A stretch of DNA of 64,000 nucleotides, from contig JAUCBJ010009163.1 of assembly GCA_032718475.1 (NCBI GenBank), positions 124,001 to 188,000 of the forward strand. The letters run 5' to 3'. Shown here in pieces: positions 23,901 through 35,900 of the stretch. This stretch comes from Nemertoderma westbladi (lineage: Eukaryota; Animalia; Xenacoelomorpha). Positions within the stretch are counted from its first letter, which is position 1; each line of letters opens with the position of its first letter. The position numbers were made by a program, and so were the translations under genes. The notes beneath the pieces are model-generated. The model did no database searches and had not been told where the DNA came from. It saw only the letters and a list, made by a program, of their open reading frames with translations.

Positions 23901-24832
23901 CTCGCCAACTCTCCTGACCTCTCTGAAAATGTGGTTTCCTCTCTCAATTGTCTCTCTAACTCATTCTGCTCATTCGCCACCATCGATAATTCATACGTCA
24001 GATTTATTTTCAGCACCCTTCTTTCTTTCGCGGAGGATGTAGCAGACTTATCGGTTGCGACGGACTCCCGCCGCCCCTCCGTCCTATCAACTTTCCCCCG
24101 CCTCTCGGAACTTCCTCCAACCGACGAGACCGAATCCTCGGAGTTAACCTCGGATTCGCCCTCCTCAGGTCTCTTCCAACCCACTAATTTTACTCCCCGG
24201 GCATCGACTAAGTATGGCCCTATGTACACTACACTAGGCTGCATACCCCTACACTCCCATAGTTCAATCAGTTCGTTGATAACTCCCCTCGCCCTCTCCT
24301 CGGCTAGTTCTCCCTGCCCAGAACGCACTAGGTAATAAAAGTATCTGTTCGACTCACCTAGTCGTCTCCTCAGTCTCACCTCATCTATCTTCGCCCCTCC
24401 TTTGGCTTCCTTCAGTTGCTCCCGGGTCGCGGCGTAGGCCCGTCGAAGTCGATCAGAAACCCCGACGTCCTCGTCGCCGACCTCTCCTCCATCTCTCCGG
24501 GTCCGACGTCGTACCGGCGGCCCCACCGTCGCCGTTCCGGTGGACCGTTTGTCGTCCTCGGCCTGTGGCTGGCCGGTGACATCGGTACGTCGACCCTCGC
24601 TCCGCGTCGACTCGTCTTCCTCTTCTCCTCCCGACTCGATTTCTCTTTGTATACGACCCCCCACATCTTGGTTCGCCGGGTCGCTCGTTATCGACGTGGC
24701 GTCAACGTGCGTCGACGTGGTCGGCGTAGCATCGACCGGCGTCGTGGGTTCGTATCGTCTCGCCGTGGCCTCGCGGATCATTAGATCGTCGTCCGGGGTC
24801 CGCGGCGGTGTCATTCCTTTCTCTCGACTCAT
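20993..24832 (-). pseudogene. Fragmented gag of element B (N-terminal extension plus zinc-knuckle region; capsid-like core deleted)
   Basis: ORFs 23558-24832, 22914-23294, 22720-23019, 21843-22781 and 20993-21478 are colinear with C gag; breaks fall at G-runs; ~0.8-kb deletion at ~21762. Confidence 0.82.
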
Positions 24833-24862
24833 CTTCGTCTTTGGTGGCTGACCGCCAGAGTC

Positions 24863-25001
24863 TGTCAGGCCAGTTGGTTGGATCTAGCTCTGTCACTGTC
24901 AGACTGTTAGGGCAGCTGCTAGGATTCTATCACTGTCAGGGCAGCTGGGCGGATCTGATTCTGTCACTGTCAGGGCAGCTGGGCGGATCTGATTCTGTCA
25001 C
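24863..25001 (-). repeat. 34-37-bp tandem repeats in the B leader, each starting with the PBS motif; 24993-25001 is the LTR-complementary PBS
   Basis: Minus-strand GTGACAGAA at 25001 and 24967, GTGATAGAA at 24933 and GTGACAGAG at 24896; complement lies in the LTR at 25183-25191. Confidence 0.85.
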
Positions 25002-25550
25002 TGTGACGGGATCTACGGATCCCGGTTTATCCGTTGGGTTTTCTATCTACGCGTCCCCGCCGTGTGTGAAAGGTAAAAGAGTTCTGATGTTCGGTAATAT
25101 GTATAAAGGTATAATAGTCTGATATAGCACAGTATAGTATGACACGGTTACCGGTAGATAAGTATGATGGCGGTAGCGGACGGTGACAGAAGTCCCCGTT
25201 CCACCCTACTGATCTGACTGAGTAAACTAAACTGAATAGGGAAGCACCAACAGGTAATATATGTACTGCACAGTTGGCCATATTACTGTACCTAGTCGAT
25301 GCTGTCCCCCCATTGGCTAATATCCCACTTCTCGCCCTTTCACCTTCCCTGGTGTGTTTCCCGTTGCCCCTGTTGTTCTCTCTCTGTTAGGGGTTTGGCC
25401 CCTGACCCTTATTGTGTGTGTCTCCTTTGGGGCCTATTGTCCCCGTTTACTGGGCTGACACGAGGTTGATTGGTAATCAACCTCGTGCTCCCAATATTGC
25501 TCAACGGCTTACTTTGTGGGTTCATGTTAGCGGAATTGGATAAGCTAACA
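25002..25550 (-). repeat. 5' LTR of element B
   Basis: Repeat of 17971-18519; CCAAT (~25312), a TA-rich box and TCAGT Inr-like motifs on the minus strand. Confidence 0.96.
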
Positions 25551-26673
25551 CATGTCAAAATCCTTGGTGTTTTTCTGCAAGAATTTATCAAAATATCCTC
25601 TGTTTTTTTAAAAACCATATCGATTTTCATATTTATAACTTCTAACCCACTCCAAGAGATAGATAATCTTAAATGAAAGTCAAAAGAACAGGTAACACTT
25701 ACATTTATAGCAGTAATCAGCTGTTATATGCTACGTATTTCCGCTGGAGATGAATGAATTTTGATTGGTCAGAACACCCCCTATCTGTGGTTGTATGAGT
25801 GGAGAGATAAGTAGCTTATCTCCCTATTAATATTGTTGTGTTCTAGAATATTTATTATTGTTTCATCGTATTGCCAAAGTGACGGGAGCTGAAGTTAACT
25901 TACAATACTATAATTCACCTCAAATATCTCAGCTATTTCATGAACATAATGAAGTATTAAAGCCATGTCAAAATCCTTAGTGTTTTTCTGCAATAATTTA
26001 TCAAAATATACTCTGTTTTTTTCAAAACCATATCGATTTTCATATTTATAACTTCTAACCCACTCCAAGAGATAGAGAATCTTAAATGAAAGTCACAAGA
26101 ACAGGTAACACTTACATTAATAGCAGTAATCAGCTGTTATATGCTACGTCTTTCCGCTGGAGATGGATGAATTTTGATTGTGTCAGAACACCCCCTATCT
26201 GTGGCTGTCTTAGTGGAGAGATAAGTATCCTGTTTCCGTGTTAATATTGTTGTGTTCTAGAATATTTATTACAGTTTCATCGTATTGCCAAAGTGACTGG
26301 AGCTGAAGTTAACTAATGCAATAATTCACCTCAAATATCTCAGCTATTTTATGAACATAATGAAGTATTAAATCCATGTCAAAATCCTCTGATTTTTTTC
26401 AAAAACCATATCGATTTTCTTATTTATATCTTCTAAACCTCTCCACGAGATAGAGAATCTTAAATGAAAGTCAAAAGAACAGGTAACACTTACATTTATA
26501 GAAGTAATCAGCTGTTATTTGCTACGTCTTTCCGCTGGAGATGGATGAATTTTGTTTGTGTCAGAACACCCCTTATCTGTGGCTGTCTGAGTTAAGAGAT
26601 AAGTAGCCTATATCCCTATTAATATTGTTGTGTTCTAGAATATTTATTATAGTTTCATCGTATTGCTAAAGTG
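25551..26673. repeat. 416-bp satellite (block 3)
   Basis: Same monomer, in register across the TSDs. Confidence 0.96.
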
Positions 26674-27217
26674 TGTGACGGGATCCACGAAGGATCCCGA
26701 TTTATCCGTTTGTCAATCTACGCGTCCCCGCCGTGTGTGAAAGGTAAAAGAGTTTGCGTTGTTCGTCGTATATAATTTCCGGGTATAATAGATAGATATA
26801 AATAGTATGTTGTAATGTAGAGACTGAATGTTGATATATGGAAGGCGGGATACGGTGATTGAAGTCCCGGTACTTCCCTAGCTAAACTAACCTAACTAAC
26901 ACCAATAACACACTGAGATAACTGAATAACTGATTGCTGGTACCTAATAATATATTGCACGGTTTGGCCTTGCTACAGTACCTAGCCGATGCTTCCCCCC
27001 CCTGATTGGCTAATATCCCTGTTGGTGCCCTTTGGAGTGTTCCCGTTCACTCCAGCTATTCTCTCTCGGTTAGGGGTTTGGCCCCTGACCCTCATTGTGC
27101 GTTTCTCCTTCCCTCTTTGTTGGGGTGACACGAGTTATTGGTTACCCAATCTCGTGGCCCCCAATATTGCTTAACGGTCAACTTTGTGGGGTGTTAGCGG
27201 AATTGAATAAGCTAACA
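26674..27217 (-). repeat. 3' LTR of element C (544 bp)
   Basis: Repeat of 37581-38123, with PPT immediately internal. Confidence 0.95.
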
Positions 27218-28149
27218 CTCCCCCCCATGCTATCTTCCCGGTGAGAAGATAGCATCCACCTAAAGTGCGCCACAATTCCGTTGGATCCCGATCTAGTATC
27301 GTGTGTGGGGTGGGCCTATTTTCTCTCGGAGCCGGCTTTCCAGGCCGCTCCCTCTGGGTATGATAATGATACCCTTTTCGCCTGGCGTCCCATGTCGGGC
27401 CGATCGTGCGCTCCTCTCACACGATTTTTGTTTCCCCAACACTTTCGCTTTGACTCTCCTCCGCTCTCACCCTAACTCTCGCATACTCTCGGACCTCCTC
27501 GTCCCTCACTCCGCCTCTTACTTCTCCCCCCCCACATTTGAATTGCGCCCACGCTCTCTCCACACTCCGCACTCCACGCTCTATTACTCATATCTCGCCC
27601 TATCTCACCCTCTCGTTTCTGACGAGCCTCACCCCCCTTTCGTGCCGTCGCACTCAAGAAGTATGATGTCGTCAGCGTCTCGTCCGTGACTTACAGTACC
27701 ATGGTCGATTAGTCCCCAGTCCCAGTAGCTAATTGGAATAGGTCGTGCTTGACCACGGTACGTACTTTATAATATACATACGTGATTTACTTATATAATT
27801 ATTATAAAGTTATTACTATCATATGTTATATTATATGCTCGTCTACATAACGCGCCTCATTCCCTCTCGGCCTTTCTCCCCTGGCGACTTCTTCCAGTCG
27901 CTTCTCCCCTAATCTATTCACTTCCAACTTCCCCCATGTGATGTCTATCCAGACCTCCGAAGGCCATCTTGAAGGCTCTTCTGTAGTTCGGAGGTGATTC
28001 TAATATCCTTAATTTTTTCTTTTTTATTTTAGATTTTGTGCTACTAACCCTACCTGCCTTTCTGGCTACTATTTCTATGATATGTTGTGCTCTCTTATCT
28101 CTTACTAAATACTATTTATACCCCCCTATCACTGATTCTTACTACTAAC

Positions 28150-28750
28150 GGTGCTCTATGCACCCTCTTACTAACTAGTTCTATAACTAACTACTACTCA
28201 TACTAGCCGGCACTACGTACCCTCTTACTAACTCCCAACTCTACTCTTACTAACCGGTACTACGTACCCTCTTACTAACTCCTCTAACTCTACTCTTACT
28301 AACCGGTACTACGTACCCTCTTACTAACTTCCAACTCTACTCCTACTAACCGGTACTACATACCCTCTTACTAACTTCTCTGACTCTCTTACTAACTCCC
28401 AACTCTACTCTTACTAACCGGTACTACGTACCCTCTTACTAACTCCTCTAACTCTACTCTTACTAACGGTACTACGTACCCTCTTACTACTTCCAACTCT
28501 CTTACTAATGGTACTACGTACCTTCTTACTACTTCTAACTCTCCTACTAACGGTACTACGTACCCTCTTACTACTTCTAACTCTCTTACTAATGGTACTA
28601 CGTACCCTCTTACTGACTTCTGACTTAACTATCTAACTAGTGGTACTACGTACCCTCTTACTACTTCTAACTCTCTTACTAATGGTACTATGTACCCTCT
28701 TACTGACTTCTGACTTAACTATCTAACTAGTGGTACTACGTACCCTCTTA
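28150..28750 (-). repeat. 3'-UTR stem-loop array of element C
   Basis: More than 10 copies of GGTACTACGTACC in CTCTTACTAAC-type spacers, plus the variant GGTGCTCTATGCACC. Confidence 0.9.
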
Positions 28751-28924
28751 CTACTAATTTCCTACTATCTAACTTCTATCTGCTTACTGCGTACCTATTA
28801 TGTACTATAATCACTTTCTCTTTATTTATTATTATTTTTTTTCTATTTTATGTGTGGCGTCTCGCCCTAAATCCCACCCCCTCAGATCAAAACTTGGACG
28901 ACTAAACTACATTCCAACTCCACC

Positions 28925-30330
28925 CTAAGGTGCCCCTTCTAATAGACAGCATTTCCCTACAGCTCTCCTGTAGGTTTTTCTGTCTTTCGCGCCTATCTTG
29001 CCACCTATCCGCACTTCTACCGATCGGACTCTTCCGTCCTCATCGGAGTAAGTGCCCAAAACTCTCGCCAACCGCCACTGGTTGTTGATGATAGTATCAT
29101 CCGTAACGATCACGAGATCTCCCACTCTTAACTCCCTATTCGTCTTCCTCCACTTGCTTCTTTTGTGAAGCGTGGGTAGGTATTCCTCAACCCACCTCCT
29201 CCAATACTCTGCGCTTATCGCTTTAGCGACTTTCCAACTCTGGCGGGAGTGTATGTCATCTGGGTCAACACCCCACATGTCGATGGTCACTGGCCTTTCC
29301 ATTAGAAAATGGCTGGGCGTCAGCACATCTAATGACTCAGGGTCATCATTCTCCGGATATAGCGGTCTGCTATTAATGATACCCTCACACTTCGCAAGTA
29401 CTGTTCTCAAGATGTCCGCCGTGACCATGTGGGTGTTCATTAATTTCGTCATGAGACGCTTCGAACTGCCCACCAGTCTCTCGACGCATCCTAGTGTATG
29501 TGGTGCATACGGCATCCTTCTCTCCCACTTTACTTGTCGTCGTCTCATGGCTGTCCTGACTTCCTCCCCTTCCAAGATGTCCAAGGCCTCTGCCATCTCG
29601 TTCTCCGCTCCCACAAAGTTGGTTCGGTGGCGGAGTATATTACTGCGATTGTCCCACCTTTGCGGTCTCTGAACCTTTCTAAAGCATTAATAAATGCTGA
29701 TGCAGTTGCATCTTGGGCGAGTTCTATCCCTACCGCCCTCGTGTTGCTACATACGAAGATGATACCGTAGCGTTTCTCCGTGTGCCGCATCACCTTGATC
29801 TTTATCGGCCCGAACATGTCCACACCGCAATGTGTAAATGGCGGATCGTGCTGTCTTACCCTACTTGATGGTAGTGGTGCCATCTCCTGTATGGCTCGCT
29901 CCTTCTTCGCTCATCGGCAGGTCTGGCACTGCCCCACTACCGCTTTTACTTTCTTCCTCAACTGCTTGACCCAAAATGTTCTCCGTATCTCCGTGAGGGT
30001 TCGGTTGGTGCCCCCGTGCAATATCGACTTGTGGGAGTCCCAGATAATCTGGTGGACTATTGGCGATCCTGTAGGGATGATGATGGGTTTCGGTGGTACG
30101 ACTATACTGTTGTTGTACCCCACCCTAGAGTTCATCACTAGAGTTCATCACTCGCTGTACCATCGAAGATGCTGTTGTTTACCGACGCGTTCCACCTCGT
30201 CGCCATAGTTCTTCCGTTGTTCATAGCGGATGACTGCTTTGGCCGCTCCTTCCAGATCTATGGTTGTCCTGATCTTCTTGCCTTTGCCAACTCTCGCGAG
30301 GAAATTCTCGAAGGCTCTCCAGTACGCCAC
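28925..30330 (-). pseudogene. Integrase of element C, frameshifted
   Basis: HKSILHGG...CQTCR zinc finger (29911-30138); CGVDMFGP (29545-29883); GCVERLVG, INSRPL, LTPSHFL, WRRWVEEYLPTL and WRLARV C-terminal motifs (28925-29614), split across frames. Confidence 0.9.
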
Positions 30331-30388
30331 TAATTTCTTGGTCTTATACCAACTAGAGCTGTAGCTGAGGAGTTTATCCGTCGGGTTA

Positions 30389-32917
30389 TCACACAGTTCT
30401 TCTGGTTGGTTGCACGTCCCTTATCTCCCTCACCATCTGGGAGTATATCTCTTCTCCCTCTGAATCTCCTTCTTCTCCCTCTGATACTGCCTCTCCTGAG
30501 CCCGGGTCCACCTTTCTCATCGGCGGCCAGGCCTCCTTGTCGCTCAGAAACTGTGGCCTGTGTTGCCACAATACCTCCTTTTTTAAGAAAGTGTGGCGTG
30601 CCACGCCCCTCGATAACAAGTCCGCTGGGTTCTCGTCCAAAGGGCAGTAGTGCCACCTTCCTAGTTCTGTCGTCGCCCTTATTTCGTCCACTCTATTTGC
30701 CTCGAATATAGGGTACCGCGTTTTCTCGTTATGTAGCCAGCCAAGCACTACCATGGAATCCGTCCAGTAGTGTGTCTCCACTATGTTGGGAATAGCCTCC
30801 ATTATGTAGGCTGTGGCCCTAACTCCTAGCCTCGCCGCTGTCAACTCTAGTTTGAGAACCGATGCCGAATCTGGTGGCGTTGACTTCGCCTTGCTGAAGC
30901 CAAGTCTGGGCTTATGAAGCCCATCTCGTTGTACTAAATAGAGCGCCGCTCCATATGCCTCTAGTGACGCATCGGAGAACATGTGCAGATCCAGGTTCGT
31001 CATGTCCCCATCCGGGAAATACACTCGTGGCATGCTGTATGTTCCCATCTTCTCCAAACCTTCTGTCCACTTACACCACTCTTTCTTGATCTCTTCTGGT
31101 ACCTCTACGTCCCACTCATCCTTCAGTTTGTATACTCTCTTGAGTATCTGTTTCCCCGTGACTAATAGTGGGGATGCTAGACCTAGGGGATCGTATATCC
31201 TTGCTATATACGACACATAGCCCCTCTTCGTGTGGATGTCTGCGCCCTCCTGGCTCAACTGATACTTCAGTTCATCTGTCTCTCTGTTCCACACGATTCC
31301 CAGTGCCTTCTGTTGAGACTCTGTCCTCTTGTTCGCCATGTCCTGCCCTTTGGCCGTTGTGGGATTATCCATGGTCGATTCTGGTCTCTTGTCCTCTATC
31401 GCCTTGATAAATTCCTCCAAACTGGATTGGAATTTGGTCAGGTTAAAGCCGGATCCTTTTAGGATGTCGCGAACCTTGCGCCCTGTGTCCAGTATCTCCT
31501 TAACCGTATTTCCAGACTCCATCCCGTCGTCTACGTAGAAGCCGCGTCGAATCATATCGACGGCCCTAGCACTGTATCTATCCTCCTTCCCTTTCACTGT
31601 ATCTCTTACTGCCATAGTCGTCGTAAATGAAGACGACTTAGCTCCCATGTTCTGTACGACCATCTTGTACGTCGGTATTATCGACGGTTCTTCGTCGCCG
31701 TCATACCATAAGAAGCGTTGACTGTCGCTATCTTCCTCCGTTACACGGACTTGGTTGGACATGCCTTCTATGTCACACGTGAAGGCGTGTTTCCCATTTC
31801 TAAATCTAAGTAGGACCTCTATCCCTGAGTTGTATATGTTCCGACCTTCTAGCAGATAGTCGTTTAAGCATTTTCCGTTGGTCATTGCCGATGCGTCAAC
31901 TACCATCCGCAGTTTACCTTTCTTTGGGTCTAAAGCCACGTGGAGTGGCAGGTAATATGTTCTGTCCATGTTTGGTTCGTCGACCGGTAACTCCACGGCC
32001 CATCCTTTCTCGACGTACTTCTTAACCGTTTTGTGGATGTACTCATTCTTCTCGGGGCTCCGTTTTAGTGTCTGCTTCTGCTTGCGGAGCCTCGTGAGTA
32101 CCATTCCTCTATTATCGGGCAGTGGTAGCTTCGGTAGCTTCCATACCATTCCTATGGTGTACCGCCCCTCATCGCATTTCATAGACTCCTCTACGCTCTG
32201 CTGAGCCTGTTTGTCTTCCACCGAGGTCCCGACCCCGGTCTCCTTTAGTCCTTCAAAATCCTGCCTCAGCAGTCTTTTAAGCTGCTCCTCTGCTCTCTCA
32301 TCACTCATTTCCTGCATAGTTCCCGCGAACATGCATCCTGATGTCTCCGACATCCTAAATGGTATCTTGCTCTTGATTGGGCCACTCAGCGTCCACCCGA
32401 ATGGTATCAGTATCGCCACCGGGTCACACTGCTTGTCTTCGCCGAAGACTGTTTGCATTCTTTCGTGGGCCGTTGGGCAGTCCATTCCTACTATGATGGA
32501 TACCTTCCTAACGTCCACCTCTGGGATTGAGAAGTCGATATCATCCAGAAATTTATATTGTTCGACCTCAATGTTGGTTGGTCGCCTGGCATTGATGTTT
32601 ATTGACTCTATCACTTGGATGGGGTCGATGCTCGCCCCATATTCGCATCCTGGTGCTATTGCTGCGATGGTGCACCGTCCGGTTCTCATCTCCAGGACCT
32701 CATCTTTGCTGGAGATGGTTGTTACTGCCATTCTACTTGGCCTCGTTCTCAATCCTATTTCTTCGGCCACACAATCTTTGACTAATGGGAAGGCAGCTCC
32801 ACTATCAACCAGCATTAGTGTTGTTACTGATCGATTGCCTTCTCCAATCACTCGCACAGGTACTACCCCAAGCAGCACCGTTCCTCTCTTTTTCACCGCT
32901 ACTGTGCTCATTGCCAT
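30389..32917 (-). CDS. Protease-RT-RNase H segment of element C pol
   Basis: LVDSGA; RMVVDAS, DIEGM, FYVDDG; YDPLG; FSDAS, LELTAA, WTDS, ENPADLLSRG. Confidence 0.93.
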   Translation of the reverse strand: MAMSTVAVKKRGTVLLGVVPVRVIGEGNRSVTTLMLVDSGAAFPLVKDCVAEEIGLRTRPSRMAVTTISSKDEVLEMRTGRCTIAAIAPGCEYGASIDPIQVIESININARRPTNIEVEQYKFLDDIDFSIPEVDVRKVSIIVGMDCPTAHERMQTVFGEDKQCDPVAILIPFGWTLSGPIKSKIPFRMSETSGCMFAGTMQEMSDERAEEQLKRLLRQDFEGLKETGVGTSVEDKQAQQSVEESMKCDEGRYTIGMVWKLPKLPLPDNRGMVLTRLRKQKQTLKRSPEKNEYIHKTVKKYVEKGWAVELPVDEPNMDRTYYLPLHVALDPKKGKLRMVVDASAMTNGKCLNDYLLEGRNIYNSGIEVLLRFRNGKHAFTCDIEGMSNQVRVTEEDSDSQRFLWYDGDEEPSIIPTYKMVVQNMGAKSSSFTTTMAVRDTVKGKEDRYSARAVDMIRRGFYVDDGMESGNTVKEILDTGRKVRDILKGSGFNLTKFQSSLEEFIKAIEDKRPESTMDNPTTAKGQDMANKRTESQQKALGIVWNRETDELKYQLSQEGADIHTKRGYVSYIARIYDPLGLASPLLVTGKQILKRVYKLKDEWDVEVPEEIKKEWCKWTEGLEKMGTYSMPRVYFPDGDMTNLDLHMFSDASLEAYGAALYLVQRDGLHKPRLGFSKAKSTPPDSASVLKLELTAARLGVRATAYIMEAIPNIVETHYWTDSMVVLGWLHNEKTRYPIFEANRVDEIRATTELGRWHYCPLDENPADLLSRGVARHTFLKKEVLWQHRPQFLSDKEAWPPMRKVDPGSGEAVSEGEEGDSEGEEIYSQMVREIRDVQPTRRTV

Positions 32918-35900
32918 CGTTTGGCCTTTACTTTGACCGAACTTAATCGGCGTCTCCTCGCATTGTCTAGCTCTATGTCCACCCGTTACACATCGCGAGC
33001 AGATCTCTTTTCTCCGTGTACTCTACCTGATCTTCCCTGGGTAGCGCTTGCCAGTAGCTACAGTTCATGGTTCGATGATGCGCATTTGTATGTAGTTAGC
33101 ATTTTCTCTTCGGGTCGTAGCCGTCCTTGTACAGTGCATCGTGTATCGCAGCCGCACCTGTACCAAAGTCCCTACTATTCTTATTGTTTGGGTTTGGCCT
33201 ACTGGGCGTACTGGGGTTATGTTTATTTGTGTTGTTATCCCTCCCCTGTCCGCTCCATGATGTGGTCTTACTCCCGGCTACCTGTGGACTCGCAGTACCC
33301 TGCGTCGCTGCGTATGGCAATGATTGCCTGAGCTTTGGTAATGCGTTTGACGTGTTGTGTTCTGGTTTCGGTCTGTTGTACTCGGTTCTTGGTCCCTTTC
33401 CCAGGCTGTCCTCACTATAGACTGGGTCGGTTATTAATTCGGCTTCGTAGTTTAAGAAGCTCGACATTTCTTCTAAACCCGGTTCCTTACCCTTCCTATC
33501 TCGAGTGGAGAAAGCGATCTTCCTCCACTTGTTGCGTAACCACATCGGTAGTGCCTGCGTTATCGTGGTGATGTTGTTGGACGCGTTGAGCTCGTATGGC
33601 GCGTCTAGCATCTTTAACACGATTAGTGCCTTCTCGACCTTGTTCGCGAATGTCTTAATGCTAACGGGATTATCCTGTAGGCCACCCGATGTTATGCCTC
33701 TCAGGGTCTGCCTGATGATCTTGGCTGGGTGCTCGTATTCCATGTCTAGTGCCCGCCATGCCGTCGTGAAGCCGCCCTCTATGCCCTGATACTGCCTCAC
33801 GATGTCGTATGCTGGGCCTCCTGTGTATACTTGCAGATACTTTAGGCACTCCGCCTGCGTCAAGTTCTTTGTTAGTATTTCGTTACTATACATGCGCCGA
33901 AACTGGAGATATTCTTCCGGCCTACTCCCATCGAATTTGAATGGTTCCACGGGTGGTAATTCGATCCTTGTTTTTAATGCATCGATCAACGTGGCCATCC
34001 CCATCGCCTGCGCTTCCAATGGATTCGATGGATGTTGTATAGTTTCTCCTGTTGGGTGTGGTCCGCCCATCCTATTTTCTGCCTTCCTCTGGCTTGGGTA
34101 TATCATTGGGGGTAGCGGCCCCCTCCATATTTCTGTGTCGCATGACCTATTTCCATCCAAGGGGTTCGTTGTTCTTGCTCCTATTGGGTTATATTGTTGA
34201 TATTGTGATGGGGGAATGTCACCCTGTCGCCCCCCCCCCCCCACCGGTATGTTTGGTACTGGGTTTGATGTTAATATATTGGGGCCCATGCATCTATCCG
34301 CAATAATTCCCCCCTCCCCTGGGTATATGTTATATCCTTTCGTGCTGTAGTCATGCTGCTGCACTGGTACCGGTATAGGCCTATTAGCTTCTGGCCTACC
34401 TGCCAGTATGTACTCCGGACTTCCGGGTTTAGTTCCATCGTCCGCGCTATCCTATCGCCTACATTATTCCTGTCAGCATGGCCTATGGTATGTGCAGTAA
34501 GGCCTACAGTATGTCCTACAGCCTGTATGTGTTGCTTTATTCTTCTCGAATAATCCTCCCCGCGGCTACCGTACTCACGATCTGTAGGTATATCCCGTCG
34601 GAAAGTTTCTCTTCGACCCTCACTACTACTCTCGTCTTCGTGCCGGTACATCGTGTACCCCTCCCTCGACGCGTAACGCGTCTCGTTAGGTCGCGTCTCT
34701 CCGGGACGAAGGCAATCTCCCGGAGTTCGACCCCACCGACTCTCCCTTTCCATCTCCACCACCGACGGCTCGCTATCCGTCCTCACTCTCCTGTCGTTCG
34801 CGGCGATACTTCTTTTGCTGTCTTCTCTTCTTCTCCTCTCAGTGCAGTATTCCCGCTCGTGAGATCTCTCGTCGACCTCCCGGTTAAACTCCACTGTTCT
34901 TCTTCCCTCTTCTGATCGGGCTCGACGCTTCGTCCGCCCTCTCGCGACGTCAACCTGCTTCTCTCTGCTCGATCGCACGCCGCTGGGGAAACTCGCAATC
35001 CCCCTATTACTCTCCGTCGCCGGGTGTTGCGGTTTACCTGATTCGGCCCGCGCATTATCCGCTGACGCCTGTGGGACACTCTCTGCCCCCCCCCCCTCTC
35101 ACCACTAACTTCTCGTTGCGGGGCTCGGCTCCTCCCCCACCCCCCCCCCCCCCACTCGCCACATATCACACAGCTATCTCTAACTTCTCTTCTACACCCC
35201 TCTCCAGTCGACACAATATTTCTACTGCGGCTGGGTTCGCTTACCCCTGCCTCTCTCTCCACTACTACTTGGCCTATCAGGCCTACTCCGGGTTGGCTCA
35301 ACCCCGCCATCCCCTGCCTACTAACTACGTGGCCTACCAGGCCGCCGTCGGCTCGACTCAGCCCCGCCACCTCCTGCCTACCAACTACGTGGCCTACCAG
35401 GCCACCGTCGGGTCAACTCAACCCCGCCACCTCCTGCCTACTAACTACGTGGCCTACCAGGCCGCCGTCTGTCGGGTCATACACGTCCGACGCGTTCGCG
35501 TTAATAGCACCTGTATTAGAAACGGAATTATTTTGTTTGTTCGAAATAGAATCATTTGGATTATTTTGCGCGACTACGCTATTTGAATTATTTTGTAAAT
35601 TCGGGCTTGGATCATTATTTAAATTATTTGAGTTATTATTATTTTCTAAATTTAAATTATTATTCGAGTTATTTTGCAGGTTTAAATTGAAATTATTATT
35701 TAGGCTATTTGTATTTAAATTCAAATTACTACTACCAGGCAAAGTATTTCCTGCAATATAAGCTTGGTTAGGATTATCCGATACGGTACCATTAATATTA
35801 ACGTCGTCTACGGTAGTATTATTATTACCCCCCCCCCCCCCCCCCCGCCCGTACGGTCACACCAGTTTCGTGTCTGTCGTGCGGTCCCTGTAAGTGGGGT

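Larger units (their letters stand above)
17971..25550 (-). mobile_element. Non-autonomous BEL/Pao element B (7.6 kb; pol and Gag core deleted)
   Basis: 549-bp LTRs with one mismatch seen; TSD CATGT (17966-17970, 25551-25555); PPT; gag homologous to element C but no PR, RT, RH or IN motifs. Confidence 0.93.

Noticed and set aside
24993-25001. GTGACAG as a PBS for a tRNA-Asp 5' half (anticodon arm ...CCTGTCAC)
   Set aside because: Only about 7 nt match before diverging; the related element C has GTGATTG instead, and both elements match their own LTR better
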